Shown here: piece after piece, positions 21,018 to 31,809 of the stretch | How positions within the stretch are numbered: position 1 is the first letter of the stretch | How the letters are laid out: each line of letters opens with the position of its first letter | NCBI GenBank assembly: GCA_965248195.1 | Contig: CBDFIQ010000001.1 | Span: 416,001 to 480,000 of the forward strand | DNA from: Longimicrobiales bacterium | GTDB taxonomy: Bacteria; Gemmatimonadota; Gemmatimonadetes; Longimicrobiales; Gaopeijiaceae | Direction: 5' to 3' | DNA: 64,000 nt | Made by a program: the position numbers and the translations under genes | The notes under the pieces: generated by a model | What the model was told of the DNA's origin: nothing | What the model saw: only the letters and a program-made list of their open reading frames with translations | Database searches by the model: none

Positions 21018-21051
21018 GGCCCACATCCATGCGGGTGAGCCCGTGAGCTGC
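21018..21051 (+). repeat. Dispersed 34-bp repeat E, copy 1
   Basis: GGCCCACATCCATGCGGGTGAGCCCGTGAGCTGC identical to 37978-38011. Confidence 0.85.
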
Positions 21052-21105
21052 GAGGTTGTTCTTCCACTCAGCTTGCCCACCGCCCTGTCGTACAGGCACC
21101 GCCGT

Positions 21106-21963
21106 TCAAACCGAAGCAAGACGATGCGCCCGGAGGAAGGACCGTATCTGGCGCACCGCCAGAGGAATCCGCTCCTGGGGCTCTTTCCACGGGAAAATGC
21201 TCACTTCGGCCTTCGGCGCGAGCATCGCGGCCTCCATGGCGACGGCGTATGGATGCGCGGGGATATCATCCGGCAGGATCAGTAAGGGCGTCTGGCAATT
21301 GCGCACGAATTCGCGTGTCACGGTGAAGACGAAGTCGGCGTTGGTGCGGTACATCCTCGTCAGAAATCGGTCGACCATTTCCATCGTGACGTCGGGCCGA
21401 CGGGCGGCCAGCGCAGGACCCCAGCCCCTCATATTGTTTTCGTAGAAGTAGTCGGGCGTCTCCGGACTCCAGCCGCTGGGCTGCGCCAGCACGGCAGCGA
21501 CGACTCGGTCGGGCGCGCGTTCGAGCAGGTTCCAGATGAAGGGGCCGCCGATGCAGAAGCCCAGTACCATGAACTTGTCGATGCCCAAGTGATCCATCAG
21601 ACCGAGATGGTCATCGGTATGGGCATCCCACGGTCGGTCGACCTCGAGCGGGCCGGAGGACTGGCCGTCATTGGCGTTTCGCAGGTCCGACCCGATGCAG
21701 CGGTACTCTCCCTCGAACTCCTCGATCGGGTTGAAAGGTCCGCGGGCCAAGCCGGAAAACGTCGAGTTCAATCCCCCGCCGGGGATGAGCAACAACGGGA
21801 AGCCGGAACCGGCCTCCTCATAGTAGATACGAACGGGGCCTCTTTCGTAGAAGGAAATGTCCGTCCCACTCTGCCCAGTCTGCCGACCAAACACGCGCTG
21901 CGCTGCGGCCAGCGCCGTCGCCGCGGCGCCCGCTGCCAGGATGCTGCGTCTACTCGGATCCAT
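21106..21963 (-). CDS. Alpha/beta hydrolase with Tat signal
   Basis: SRRSIL; GFCIGG nucleophile elbow (Cys in place of Ser). Confidence 0.85.
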   Translation of the reverse strand: MDPSRRSILAAGAAATALAAAQRVFGRQTGQSGTDISFYERGPVRIYYEEAGSGFPLLLIPGGGLNSTFSGLARGPFNPIEEFEGEYRCIGSDLRNANDGQSSGPLEVDRPWDAHTDDHLGLMDHLGIDKFMVLGFCIGGPFIWNLLERAPDRVVAAVLAQPSGWSPETPDYFYENNMRGWGPALAARRPDVTMEMVDRFLTRMYRTNADFVFTVTREFVRNCQTPLLILPDDIPAHPYAVAMEAAMLAPKAEVSIFPWKEPQERIPLAVRQIRSFLRAHRLASV

Positions 21964-22109
21964 GATCGGCGTTCTCCTTACTCATTGTCGAGTCAGTGTC
22001 AAACGCTGAAAAACGGGCTGAAGTTAGCTACCGGTAGGATTTATTATCAAGGACGGTGTCAACAAAGACCGAATACACTTAGACGACGATTCTGGACGTC
22101 TGAGACGAT

Positions 22110-22246
22110 TCTGCTTGCGCCTACCGCCCCACTCTCGGATGTTGAGCGCAGCCTGAACTCGGAGTGCGCCAATGTCCGAACCCGTCACCCGCCTGAACGC
22201 AGCCCTAGAGGGCCGCTACGCCATCGAGCGTGAGTTGGGCGAAGGG
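22110..22246 (+). pseudogene. Promoter-like repeat D plus Ser/Thr kinase N-terminal fragment A
   Basis: CTGCTTGCGCCTACC...GGATGTTGA, then ATG 22172 MSEPVTRLNAALEGRYAIERELGEG. Confidence 0.85.
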
Positions 22247-22317
22247 GTCATCGGCGAGGGAAGACACCCGATCAGATTGCGAACTGGAGTGCGTCCAACA
22301 GACAGGGAGCCAAAACT

Positions 22318-23289
22318 ATGAAAACTAGCACCGGGCAACCGCTCTCACGACGGGCTGCTCTACGTAGCATGGGGGTCGGGATCGCCCTCATTACGAGCGT
22401 CGCAGCTGGCGGATGTGCATCGCAAATAGACGATCCGGCGCCACGGATCATTGTCTCAGGAGCCTCCGGTCAGATCGGTGGCCGGGTAGTGGAGGAGCTG
22501 CTCGCTCGCGGAGTTCGACCCGCAGACCTCATCCTGGTGAGCCGAACGCCCGAGCGACTCGAACGATACGCAGAACTCGGGGCCAGCACCCGGTTTGGCG
22601 ACTTCCTCCAACCCGAATCCCTGGAGACGGCCTACGAGGGCGGTGACCGGATGCTCCTGATCAGCCTCAACAGCAGCAACCCCGATCCACGAGTACCGGC
22701 GCAGCGTGTCGAGCTTCAGCAGACCGCCATCGACGCGGCCATCGAGGCCGGGGTAGAGCACATCGTCTATACCTCAATCGTGGACGCTGACAACAGCGTG
22801 TCCCCGATTGCGGTATGGCACCGAGCGACGGAGGCAGACCTGCGGGAGAGCGGGGTCACTTGGACGGCGCTCAGGAATCAGTGGTATGCAGACGGACTCG
22901 TGACCCAGGCCGCTCGCATGGTTGAGGACCGTCGCGTGGTGGTGCTCCCGGACGATCCTGGGACCGCGTTCGTGACCCGCGAGGACTGTGCTGTTGCGGC
23001 AGCCGTTGCGCTCATGACGCCTGGCCACGAAAACCGAGTTTATGAGATCACTGGTCCGGCACTGGTCCGAATGCGCGACATCGCCTCGATCGCCAGCGAG
23101 ATCAGTGGCATCGAAATCGAGGTGATCGAGGCGGGGCCAGAGGACGAGGTTCGGGCACCTCGGCCTTCTGGAACCACCCTGACAACTCACTTCAGGGACA
23201 TCACTGGAGAGCCTGGCACCACAGCCCGAGACTTGTTGGAGGCGAACCGAGATGTGCTTCTGGAGGCCCGTGGGGGTGAGAGCCGGTGA
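22318..23289 (+). CDS. NmrA-like/SDR NAD(P)-binding protein (QOR2-like), Tat lipoprotein
   Basis: SRRAAL..AGGC; VSGASGQIG; HIVYTSI; LRNQWY. Confidence 0.85.
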   Translation: MKTSTGQPLSRRAALRSMGVGIALITSVAAGGCASQIDDPAPRIIVSGASGQIGGRVVEELLARGVRPADLILVSRTPERLERYAELGASTRFGDFLQPESLETAYEGGDRMLLISLNSSNPDPRVPAQRVELQQTAIDAAIEAGVEHIVYTSIVDADNSVSPIAVWHRATEADLRESGVTWTALRNQWYADGLVTQAARMVEDRRVVVLPDDPGTAFVTREDCAVAAAVALMTPGHENRVYEITGPALVRMRDIASIASEISGIEIEVIEAGPEDEVRAPRPSGTTLTTHFRDITGEPGTTARDLLEANRDVLLEARGGESR

Positions 23290-23424
23290 AGTTGGAGCAC
23301 CGCTTGAGTTCACCTCGGGTTCGAGCTGGGCGGGGAAAGGACGCCGAGGGACTGCCGCCGCAGTTCAGCGAGATCCAATGGCTGGAAGTCGCCGATGCTC
23401 CCGATCGAATTGTGGAGGGGTTCA

Positions 23425-23488
23425 CGTCTTCGTGGAAGGCGTGGTGATCGTGCGAGCTGACCCTGGCTGACGACCTCAAGCACGAGCG
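23425..23488 (+). repeat. Composite spacer: partial repeat B plus kinase fragment LADDLKHER
   Basis: CGTCTTCGTGGAAGGCGTGGTGATCGT (23425-23451) and CCTGGCTGACGACCTCAAGCACGAGCG (23462-23488). Confidence 0.75.
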
Positions 23489-23546
23489 CAGTTCAGGGAG
23501 CCACTTTTTCTCTAAACTACGACAAGAAAATGACGGAGGTGGTGTC

Positions 23547-24539
23547 ATGTCACGATTGATCTTGTCCCTGGCTTTGTCGCTGGCGCCTCTCAGCATGAAC
23601 GCTCTCAGCGCCCAGACCTGTGACCCAGATGGTACCGTGAAGTTCGTGTGCGGTACCACCAACCCGGAAGACCTTTTCCTCGTTCCGGGTACCCCCTGGG
23701 TGATCGCTTCTGGACGATACTCCGATTCGGAAGGCCCGATCTACGCGGTCGACGCTCGTGATCACAGCGCCCGGGAAATCTTTCCCGCGGGCAGATTGCC
23801 ACCGCAGCACGAGAGGGACACCTATCGAGCCTGCCCTGGGCCGAACACCGTGTTTCAACCACACGGACTGACCCTGCGGGAAGGCAGCGGCAGCGTGCAT
23901 ACGCTATACGTGGTTGGCCATGGCGCGCGCGAAGCCATCGAGGTCTTTGAACTGGATGCCAGTGGCGCCCTTCCCACTATGAAATGGATCGGTTGTATCC
24001 CTGCGCCGGAAGGCACCCGGCGCATCAACTCCATTACGGCCTTGCCCGGCGGCTATCTCGGAGCCACCAATTTCGACACCACCGGCGGAGAACTCTGGGA
24101 ATGGCACCCCACGACTGGCTGGATCGAAGTGCCGGGCAGCCAGATGCGCGGTCCTAATGGCCTGGTTTCCTCTGATGACGGGCGATGGTTTTACATCGGC
24201 GGCTGGAGTGACCAGGCACTGGTGCGACTGTCGCGTGGCCAAACCCCGGTGCGAGTCGATCCGATCCTTGTTGGCTTCAACGTCGACAACGTGCGCTGGG
24301 GACCCGATGGCAAGGTGATCGTCGCCGGTCACGTGACTCGTTGTGAAGGGTCCGACCCCTGTGAACTGGCTGCCGCCCGCGTCGCCGAGGTCGATCCGAA
24401 CACGTTTGCTGTCCGGCAGTTGGTCGACTACAAGGGCAATGATTTTTTCAAGCTTGGAACCGTGGCGATCGACGTAAGTGACGAGATCTGGATTGGTGGC
24501 ATCAACGGCAGCTATGGAATCGCCCGCTTTCCACGGTAA
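23547..24539 (+). CDS. Secreted SMP-30/paraoxonase-like beta-propeller hydrolase
   Basis: NPEDL, FQPHGL, GPNGL, VDNVRW. Confidence 0.8.
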   Translation: MSRLILSLALSLAPLSMNALSAQTCDPDGTVKFVCGTTNPEDLFLVPGTPWVIASGRYSDSEGPIYAVDARDHSAREIFPAGRLPPQHERDTYRACPGPNTVFQPHGLTLREGSGSVHTLYVVGHGAREAIEVFELDASGALPTMKWIGCIPAPEGTRRINSITALPGGYLGATNFDTTGGELWEWHPTTGWIEVPGSQMRGPNGLVSSDDGRWFYIGGWSDQALVRLSRGQTPVRVDPILVGFNVDNVRWGPDGKVIVAGHVTRCEGSDPCELAAARVAEVDPNTFAVRQLVDYKGNDFFKLGTVAIDVSDEIWIGGINGSYGIARFPR

Positions 24540-24552
24540 GCGGGTCGAGTCC

Positions 24553-24625
24553 GATCCCCTGGCTTCGCGTCTTCGTGGAAGGCGTGGTGATCGTTGGTTC
24601 GATTCTGATGGCGTTCGGGATCTGA
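24553..24625 (+). repeat. Repeat B (IPWLRVFVEGVVIVGSILMAFGI*)
   Basis: 42-bp core GATCCCCTGGCTTCGCGTCTTCGTGGAAGGCGTGGTGATCGT identical in four places. Confidence 0.9.
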
Positions 24626-24719
24626 TCGTCACGCTGGGGCTACCGGGGGTGTTGCTGAAGTGGATCCGATGTCGTCTGGGGTGGTGCCGTCCCCGTGATT
24701 TTCCGCGTATGTTGCGGGC

Positions 24720-25238
24720 ATGACCAATAACAGGGTCTACATACTGCTTACGCTGCTCCTCGCCGCGTGCTCGACGAGCACCCCCGTGGAGGTTGGGTCA
24801 ACCGCGCTCCTCACGACCAACCCCGCAGCCGGAACTGCGGGCGTTGATGTCAAGGCTCAGATCGAGGTGCGGTTCGATTCCCCGATCGCGTCTGGAGCCG
24901 GACACCCCATAGCCCTCCAGGTCGGAGACTGCCCCGGACCGGTCGTAGCGGGTACGTGGTCGAGGACCGCTGACGGCATGGGGCTGAGGTTCACGTCGAC
25001 GCAACCCCTCGATCAGTCCACTCGGTACACCATCCACGTGGGTGGTGGCCTGACAGATGCCGACGGGGCCATCATCAACCTCGACCTCAACGGCCTCGCA
25101 CTCGGTGGAACGTGGGTGACGCTCGACATGGTTATGGGCATGACCGGCATGGGCATGGGCCAGTCACACAGTGGGCCGGAGTGGCTCTACCTGAACGGGA
25201 TGTACGGGCTCGCTTTCGCTTTCAACACGGGACCGTAG
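24720..25238 (+). CDS. Lipoprotein with bacterial Ig-like (Big_5) domain
   Basis: LLAAC; PAAGTAGVDV..IEVRFD; PLDQSTRYTIHV. Confidence 0.7.
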   Translation: MTNNRVYILLTLLLAACSTSTPVEVGSTALLTTNPAAGTAGVDVKAQIEVRFDSPIASGAGHPIALQVGDCPGPVVAGTWSRTADGMGLRFTSTQPLDQSTRYTIHVGGGLTDADGAIINLDLNGLALGGTWVTLDMVMGMTGMGMGQSHSGPEWLYLNGMYGLAFAFNTGP

Positions 25239-25318
25239 CGGAAACCGACGGCGCTCCTTTCTCGCTCGACGCGCCGACTGGTTAGGGAACCGTCTCATCT
25301 GAGAAAAGAGGGATTGAA

Positions 25319-25813
25319 ATGAGCGTTACTGATGAGCTGTTGAGGAACAACGACACCTACGCCGAAGCGTTCGACAAGGGCGAGCTGCCTATGCCGCCGT
25401 CCCGTCAGGTTGCGGTGGTGGCCTGCATGGACGCCCGGCTCGATGTCTATCGGATCCTTGGACTCGAGCTCGGGGAGGCCCATGTGATTCGGAACGCTGG
25501 CGGGGTGATCACTGATGACGCGATCCGGTCGCTCGTCATCTCTCAACGCCTGCTCGCGACCCGGGAGATCATCCTGATCCATCACACGGACTGCGGCATG
25601 CTCACCTTCCGGGATGACGAAGTCAAAGCCGCGATCACCGAGGATGTGGGCGTGAGACCTCCGTTCGCTTTAGAGGCATTCCCCGACGCGCGGGAGGACG
25701 TGCGGCAGTCGCTCAGACGTGTGAGATCGAACCCCTTTCTCCCCCACAGCGAGGCGGTACGCGGCTTCGTCTTCGACGTGAAGACCGGTAAGCTGCGAGA
25801 GGTGACTGACTGA
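25319..25813 (+). CDS. Beta-class carbonic anhydrase
   Basis: CMDARL, IRNAGG, HHTDCG. Confidence 0.92.
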   Translation: MSVTDELLRNNDTYAEAFDKGELPMPPSRQVAVVACMDARLDVYRILGLELGEAHVIRNAGGVITDDAIRSLVISQRLLATREIILIHHTDCGMLTFRDDEVKAAITEDVGVRPPFALEAFPDAREDVRQSLRRVRSNPFLPHSEAVRGFVFDVKTGKLREVTD

Positions 25814-25895
25814 AGGAGCGGGTGGGCAATTGACTCGCCAGATCCCCTGGCTTCGCGTCTTCGTGGAAGGCGTGGTGATCGTCGGCTCTATCCTG
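25811..25895 (+). repeat. Kinase C-terminal fragment (KERVGN*) plus repeat B
   Basis: GAAGGAGCGGGTGGGCAATTGA then TRQIPWLRVFVEGVVIVGSIL. Confidence 0.85.
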
Positions 25896-26052
25896 CCGAA
25901 GAGCATGTAGTATGCCATTGACCTCTCGGACGTCGGGGACACTGACCGGGTGAGCTTAAGTCATGCATAAAGAGCAAGATCCGAAGCGATTGACTGGGGG
26001 AAAGAAGGAGCTGTTGTCGATTTTGGATCGATTCGAGTCAGCCATCGTTAGC

Positions 26053-27543
26053 ATGAAAGGCCGTTCGATCACCACGTTTGCCCTGCTGAAGCGCCTGCGG
26101 CCCCTCCGCGCCCTCGTAGTATTCGCGGTGGCCTGTAGCGACACTGCGCAGATTACGCAACCCGAAGCCAGAGGGTCCTCACTGTTCAGCACTAGTCCAG
26201 CATCGAAAGCCAGCGGGGCTAGCTTCCGGTCGGTGAGCGCCAGCTCCTTGCACAGCTGCGCTGTGACGAAAGCGGGGGGCGCATACTGCTGGGGCCAGAA
26301 CGGCGATGGCCGTCTCGGGGACGGCACGAACACGGCCAGTAGCGTGCCGGTACCGGTCTCGGGCGGGCACAAATTCCTGTCGGTGAGTGCGGGCTCCTTG
26401 CACAGCTGCGCTGTGACGACAGCGGGGGACGCATACTGCTGGGGCTCTAACGCCGATGGCCGTCTCGGGGACGGCACGAACATGGACAGCAACGAGCCGG
26501 TGCAAGTCTTGGGGGGAAACACCTTCCGGTCGGTGAGCGTTGGCGGCTGGCATAGCTGCGGGGTGACCGCTGCCAGGGACGCCTACTGCTGGGGCTCTAA
26601 CAGCACCGGCGCGCTCGGGGACGGCACGTTCACGACCAGCAACAAGCCGGTAGCGGTATCGGGCGGGCGCAGCTTCCGATCCGTGAACACCGGCGTGCGC
26701 CACAGCTGCGGTGTGACGACCGCGCGGGTCGCCTACTGCTGGGGCTTAAACGGCAGTGGTCGGCTCGGGGACGGGACGGACACGTTCCCGGCCGAGAACG
26801 AGCCGGTGGCGGTCTCAGGCGAGTATACCTTCCAAACGGTGACCGCCGGCGGCGACCACAGCTGCGGGGTGACGACGGAGGAAGCCGCCTTTTGCTGGGG
26901 TGAGAACGAGGATTTCGGCCAGCTCGGGGACAACACGGAAACGAACAGCAGCGTGCCGGTACCGGTCTCGGGCGGGCACAAATTCCTGTCGGTGAGTGCG
27001 GGCTCCTTGCACAGCTGCGCTGTGACGACAGCGGGGGACGCATACTGCTGGGGCTCGGGCGGGGCTGGCCAACTCGGGGACGGCACGAACAATAGCAACG
27101 GCGAGCCGACGGCGGTCTTAGGCGAACTCACCTTCGAGTCGGTGAGCCCCGCTCTCGCCCACACGTGCGGGCTCACCACCGGCGGAGCGGCCTACTGTTG
27201 GGGCTGGAACGGCGATGGCCGTCTCGGGGACGGCACGAACACGAACAGCAATGTGCCGATCCTTGTCGAGCTCACACTCCCTACGCCCCAGCACGAGCTC
27301 GACCTCTTGATCGACGACGTACAGGCCCTGGTCGATGCTGGCGTCTTGCTGCCGTCAGCGCAGGCGAACGGGTTGTTCGCCAAACTCAATGCCGCTATCG
27401 ACGCTCTGGAAAAGGGTAACACTAGGGCTGCTATCCAGCTCCTTGGGGCGTTCATCCAAGAAGTTCACCAAATCCTCTCGCCACAGTACGGCCAGCCACT
27501 AATCGACACCGCGCAGAGCATCATTGACCAGTTGAGGCCGTGA
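26053..27543 (+). CDS. RCC1-repeat lipoprotein with C-terminal helical domain
   Basis: Seven HSC..AYCWG.N..GRLGDGT repeats; AVAC lipobox; start uncertain (25963 or 26053). Confidence 0.85.
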   Translation: MKGRSITTFALLKRLRPLRALVVFAVACSDTAQITQPEARGSSLFSTSPASKASGASFRSVSASSLHSCAVTKAGGAYCWGQNGDGRLGDGTNTASSVPVPVSGGHKFLSVSAGSLHSCAVTTAGDAYCWGSNADGRLGDGTNMDSNEPVQVLGGNTFRSVSVGGWHSCGVTAARDAYCWGSNSTGALGDGTFTTSNKPVAVSGGRSFRSVNTGVRHSCGVTTARVAYCWGLNGSGRLGDGTDTFPAENEPVAVSGEYTFQTVTAGGDHSCGVTTEEAAFCWGENEDFGQLGDNTETNSSVPVPVSGGHKFLSVSAGSLHSCAVTTAGDAYCWGSGGAGQLGDGTNNSNGEPTAVLGELTFESVSPALAHTCGLTTGGAAYCWGWNGDGRLGDGTNTNSNVPILVELTLPTPQHELDLLIDDVQALVDAGVLLPSAQANGLFAKLNAAIDALEKGNTRAAIQLLGAFIQEVHQILSPQYGQPLIDTAQSIIDQLRP

Positions 27544-27570
27544 GGGTTGCTGAGTCGACCTTCGACTCCT

Positions 27571-27603
27571 AGCCCCGAGCGTCCCAGCGGCGTTCGGGGC
27601 TTT
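27571..27603 (+). terminator. Probable intrinsic terminator
   Basis: AGCCCCGAGCG...CGTTCGGGGCT followed by TTT after the RCC1 gene. Confidence 0.55.
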
Positions 27604-27611
27604 CGCTTCGC

Positions 27612-27934
27612 TGGGCTCCGTGAGCGTGATCATCACATCCATGATCTTCGCGCTGGGGCTGCCGTCACTGTTGATCTAGACTCGAACATAAGCACCCCAT
27701 AGCGCCCCTCTAAGCCACGAAACCACTCCAGCCTAACCAGAAGAGCGTCACCGCCACTAGCGCGGATGCCCGAGTCACGTTCACCGATGGGCTCTTCATC
27801 GAGCCAAGCTAGGGCTCCTCGAATCGAGCGGATAGATCGGCTCTGCCGGCCCGAAGCACTCGGCCCGACAGGCCTCTGCTTGCGCCTACCGGCCCGCTCT
27901 CGGATGTTGACCTCGGTCTGATCCCGGAGTGCGC
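27612..27934 (+). repeat. Repeat C (membrane-protein C-terminus, 27612-27683) and repeat D (27873-27934)
   Basis: GSVSVIITSMIFALGLPSLLI* matches 31810-31881; D matches 22110 and 31881. Confidence 0.8.
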
Positions 27935-28039
27935 GAGTGACGGCCCACCCTAAACTCGCGCGTGCTTCGATCCGAGACCCCCAGCTGGTGAGGGGTGCAG
28001 GCACTATAAACAGTTATGAACAGCCACGGTTAGGAGTAA

Positions 28040-30247
28040 GTGATGAAACGAGAGAACCGACGACCGGGCTTGGTATGCATCACCTCGGCCGCTCTGGTCG
28101 TGTTCGCCGGTGTGTTCGTTCCGCGGTCCGCGGCTTTTGCTCAACAGGCCTCCTATACGGATCAGCAGGCGAATAGTGGGGCTTCAATTTATCAGGCGGC
28201 GTGCGGCGCCTGCCATCTCACTGATCTGCTGGGCGGCACCGCGCCCCAGCTCGCGGGAACCAACTTCCGTAACACTTGGGGGGGTCGGCGCGTCTCACAG
28301 GTGCTGCTGTACATACGCTCTTCCATGCCGCCCGGCGGTGAAGGGTCGCTGAGCGACGAGGAGTACTCCGCCATAACCGCGTACATCATGAGCCAGAACG
28401 GAGTCGACCCGGGCACGACTCCTTTGAGCTTCGCGTCGGAGGGGGGATTGGCGATGGCCGAGGGGGCCGTGCTGGCCGCCGGCGGCAACACACCCATTCC
28501 CGGTGTTGCGGGTTCGATCCCCTCGCCAGGGGGCAGAAACGCCGTTCCCCCATATGGCGGGCTGTCCGAGACTCCCACCGGAGTTACCCGGACGTTTAGA
28601 AGATTGGAAGGGTTCACGCCGGTTACCGACGCAGAGCTCAGAAACCCACCAGACGGCGAATGGCTCAGCCCGCGGGGAAACCTGGGCTCGTGGGGCTATA
28701 GCCCGCTGAGTCAGATCACCACCGAGAATGTCCATCGCCTCGAGCTCGCCTGGGTCTGGGGGATGGAGGATGGCACCCGGAGTCAGCCGGCGCCGTTGAT
28801 TCGAGACGGAGTCATGTTCCTGCCGAACTGGGGCAACACGATTCAGGCACTCGACGCTGCCACGGGAGATCTTCTCTGGGAGTACCGCCGAAATTTCCCC
28901 GAGGGCATGAGTCGCGGCCGCGGCCGGGTTCGGACCCTGGCGATTTGGGAGGACATGATCTACGTGTCCACCAACGATGCCCAAGTGATCGCTCTGGATG
29001 CCCGGACCGGTGTGCTTCGGTGGGAAGCCAAGCTCGCCGAGCCGAACCTGGGCTACGAGAACTCGAGCGGCCCGGTCATCGCCAACGGCAAGATCATCAA
29101 TGGCATCAACGGCTGTACCCGTTTGATCCCGGAGAGCTGCTTCATCACCGCGCACGATGCCCGGTTCGGGGATGAGCTCTGGCGCACTTTCACGATCGCG
29201 CGCCCAGGCGAGCCCGGCGGAGACACGTGGGGTGGACTTCCTTTTGAGCTGCGTGGCGGGGGCGACGTCTGGAATATCGGGAGCTACGACCCGGAGTTGG
29301 GGCTCGTGTACTTCGGCGCGTCCCAAATGAAGCCGCGGGCGCCGGTGAGTCGGGGGACCGTCCGGACCGAGGCGGATTCGATCCTATACAGCAGCTCGAC
29401 GCTGGCGTTAGATGAGAACACCGGACGTATCGTATGGTACCGGCAGTACGTTCCGGACGAGTCACTCGATATGGACGAGGCCATGGAGCAGGTGCTGATC
29501 GACATCGATGGCCAGCCAACGCTCTTTCAGATCGGAAAGCACGGCATCCTCTGGAAGCTGGACCGCCGCGACGGCCGGTTTCTTGGCCTGAAGGAGACGG
29601 TCTTTCAAAACATTCTGGAGCTGAACTATGAGACCGGTACGAGCACGTATCGGCCGGACATCCGCGATGCACAGGTCGGCGAGTGGGTTTCGGTCTGCCC
29701 CTCCACGGCCGGGGGAAAAAATTGGCATGCGACCAGCTACCACCCGGAATCCGGCCTGATGGTTATCCCGCTCAGCCAGACCTGCATGGAGAGCGTTGCC
29801 AGCGAGATCGAAATGGTGTTGGGGGGCGGAGGCACCGGGCAAAGTCGGATGTGGTCGGAAATGCCCGGAACGAATGGGAACCTCGGAAAGCTCGCCGCCT
29901 ACGATGTCAGGACACTGGAGGAGGTCTGGAGCGTGGAGCAGCGGGCTCCATTCCTGACCTCGATTCTCACTACCGCTGGGGGGCTCGCCTTCGCTGGCGA
30001 TTATGACCGACGGGTTCGGGCGTATGACGTCACGACCGGTGAAACGTTGTGGGAGAGCCGCTTGGGCACCGCGGTTCAGGGCTTTCCAACCACTTACGAG
30101 GTCGACGGGGTGCAGTACCTCGCCGTACCCACTGGCGTGATTGGAGGGAGCCCATGGCGGGTTTCGACCTTCCTCGCGCCCGAGATCCTGATTCCGCCTG
30201 GTAACAGGCACAACGCGATGTACGTGTTCCGGCTGGGAGAGCTATGA
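28040..30247 (+). CDS. PQQ-dependent dehydrogenase with N-terminal cytochrome c
   Basis: CGACH heme motif; [33 protein letters not shown]. Confidence 0.9.
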   Translation: MMKRENRRPGLVCITSAALVVFAGVFVPRSAAFAQQASYTDQQANSGASIYQAACGACHLTDLLGGTAPQLAGTNFRNTWGGRRVSQVLLYIRSSMPPGGEGSLSDEEYSAITAYIMSQNGVDPGTTPLSFASEGGLAMAEGAVLAAGGNTPIPGVAGSIPSPGGRNAVPPYGGLSETPTGVTRTFRRLEGFTPVTDAELRNPPDGEWLSPRGNLGSWGYSPLSQITTENVHRLELAWVWGMEDGTRSQPAPLIRDGVMFLPNWGNTIQALDAATGDLLWEYRRNFPEGMSRGRGRVRTLAIWEDMIYVSTNDAQVIALDARTGVLRWEAKLAEPNLGYENSSGPVIANGKIINGINGCTRLIPESCFITAHDARFGDELWRTFTIARPGEPGGDTWGGLPFELRGGGDVWNIGSYDPELGLVYFGASQMKPRAPVSRGTVRTEADSILYSSSTLALDENTGRIVWYRQYVPDESLDMDEAMEQVLIDIDGQPTLFQIGKHGILWKLDRRDGRFLGLKETVFQNILELNYETGTSTYRPDIRDAQVGEWVSVCPSTAGGKNWHATSYHPESGLMVIPLSQTCMESVASEIEMVLGGGGTGQSRMWSEMPGTNGNLGKLAAYDVRTLEEVWSVEQRAPFLTSILTTAGGLAFAGDYDRRVRAYDVTTGETLWESRLGTAVQGFPTTYEVDGVQYLAVPTGVIGGSPWRVSTFLAPEILIPPGNRHNAMYVFRLGEL

Positions 30248-30300
30248 CGTAGGGTTCCACGTGCTCGATCCCAACAACAAGTCTCGGCCTGGTACGGACC

Positions 30301-30482
30301 TGGGACATTCATCCCGACGGCTCGCGCTTCATCATGGTGGCTTCAGCCGGAGCCGGCGGAGGCGCCCTAACCGAGGTCTACCTGGTCACCAACTGGTTCG
30401 AGGAGCTTCGCGAGCGGATGGGAAATTGAAGGCTCAGATCCCCTGGCTTCGCGTCTTCGTGGAAGGCGTGGTGATCGTCGGC
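30301..30482 (+). pseudogene. Kinase/TolB-like C-terminal fragment followed by repeat B
   Basis: WDIHPDGSRFIMV...VYLVTNWFEELRERMGN* (TGA 30427) overlapping TTG of MKAQIPWLRVFVEGVVIVG. Confidence 0.85.
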
Positions 30483-30561
30483 AAACTGAAGAACTAGCGG
30501 CCTCGCATTAGTCCCATCCAGCCACCGCACCGCCCAAGCATCACCCATAGCTTCACCGCGG

Positions 30562-31575
30562 CTAGTTCCCTCTCACCCAGTAGAGGCAGCCGGGCCCGGC
30601 GCCGTCGCCCATCGGGATCTCGTGGGTAACCTCGAGCGTATTCAGATCCACGACGGCCACCCGGTCCGCGGCCCGCAGCCCCAGATAGGCGTGTCTGCCG
30701 TCTGGGGCCACCAACAAAGCGCCGTCCCCCAGGTCGCCGGAGCCGAGGGACACTCGGGTGATCTCCGTGCGAGACGCCGCGTCCATGACGACGAGGGTTG
30801 CCGCCTCGCCGTCGATGATCAGTGCCCGACCGTCCGGCGTGAACTTAAGGCGATTCGCGTCTTCGAGGCCCAGGTCGAGCGTCTCGACGACGGCTCGGCT
30901 GGCGACATCGATGATTGACACTCCACCGTCGTTCCGGGTTGCGGTCCAGATTTCTCGGCCATCCGGTGACAGATCGATGCCTTCAGGCCGTTCACCCGGC
31001 ACCGGAATCACGGTTAGCCTCGACGCGGCGGGGCCTGCCGAGATGCGCTCGACCATGGTTACGGAATTCGAGCCAATGTTCGACATGAACATGGTGTCGG
31101 TGTCGCGGTCGAGGACGAGCAGGTGGGTGCCGTCCTGGCCAATCTCAAGCGTCCACTCGATCGCGTCGGTCGATGGATTGTAGCGCCCGATCGACTTGTA
31201 GCCTTCGATGGTGAAGTACACCTTGCCGTCGGCAAAGAGCACATCATGCGTCCGGCTGCCGGGGCCAGGGTCGACTCGCCGGACTTCCGTTTGCGCGGTC
31301 AGGTCAATGACTGAAATCCCGTCCACCATGCTGGCCACGAACGCCCACCGGCCGTCGGCGGATGCGGTGACCTCGTGCGGATCTCGGCCCGTCGGCACGC
31401 GTCCCAGCTCCGTCCCGCTGGCCGGATCGACAATCGCCAGCGCGCTGGCGTCTCGGAGCAACACGAGAAGTCGTCCGGATGTCGGTGACTGGGCGCTGAC
31501 CGCGGCATGCCCAAGGACCAGCGCGCCGAGCGCTACCAACGCGACCCGTCGGAGCACCGTGCTCACTGAGTGCAT
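30562..31575 (-). CDS. Secreted YncE/YVTN beta-propeller protein
   Basis: VPTGRDPHEV, PEGIDLSPDG repeats; GGAGG RBS before ATG 31575. Confidence 0.8.
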   Translation of the reverse strand: MHSVSTVLRRVALVALGALVLGHAAVSAQSPTSGRLLVLLRDASALAIVDPASGTELGRVPTGRDPHEVTASADGRWAFVASMVDGISVIDLTAQTEVRRVDPGPGSRTHDVLFADGKVYFTIEGYKSIGRYNPSTDAIEWTLEIGQDGTHLLVLDRDTDTMFMSNIGSNSVTMVERISAGPAASRLTVIPVPGERPEGIDLSPDGREIWTATRNDGGVSIIDVASRAVVETLDLGLEDANRLKFTPDGRALIIDGEAATLVVMDAASRTEITRVSLGSGDLGDGALLVAPDGRHAYLGLRAADRVAVVDLNTLEVTHEIPMGDGAGPGCLYWVRGN

Positions 31576-31809
31576 CTGATACCTCCGTGTGTGCTGAGGT
31601 GGCTCTGTGGTGACGCCGACCACACGACTGCTGACAATACAGCCTACCACCGCATCCGGCCCGCGGGTCCAATGCAGTATGTGCGGGCCGCGCACTCTTC
31701 TGCGAAGAGGGTCCAGCGGATCCTCCTCTCCGCCTCCTCCTGCGCATGAACAACGGCATCGGCTTCCTGCTCCGCATCACCGACGTTGAGAAGCAGCCCT
31801 TCCGCTCGA

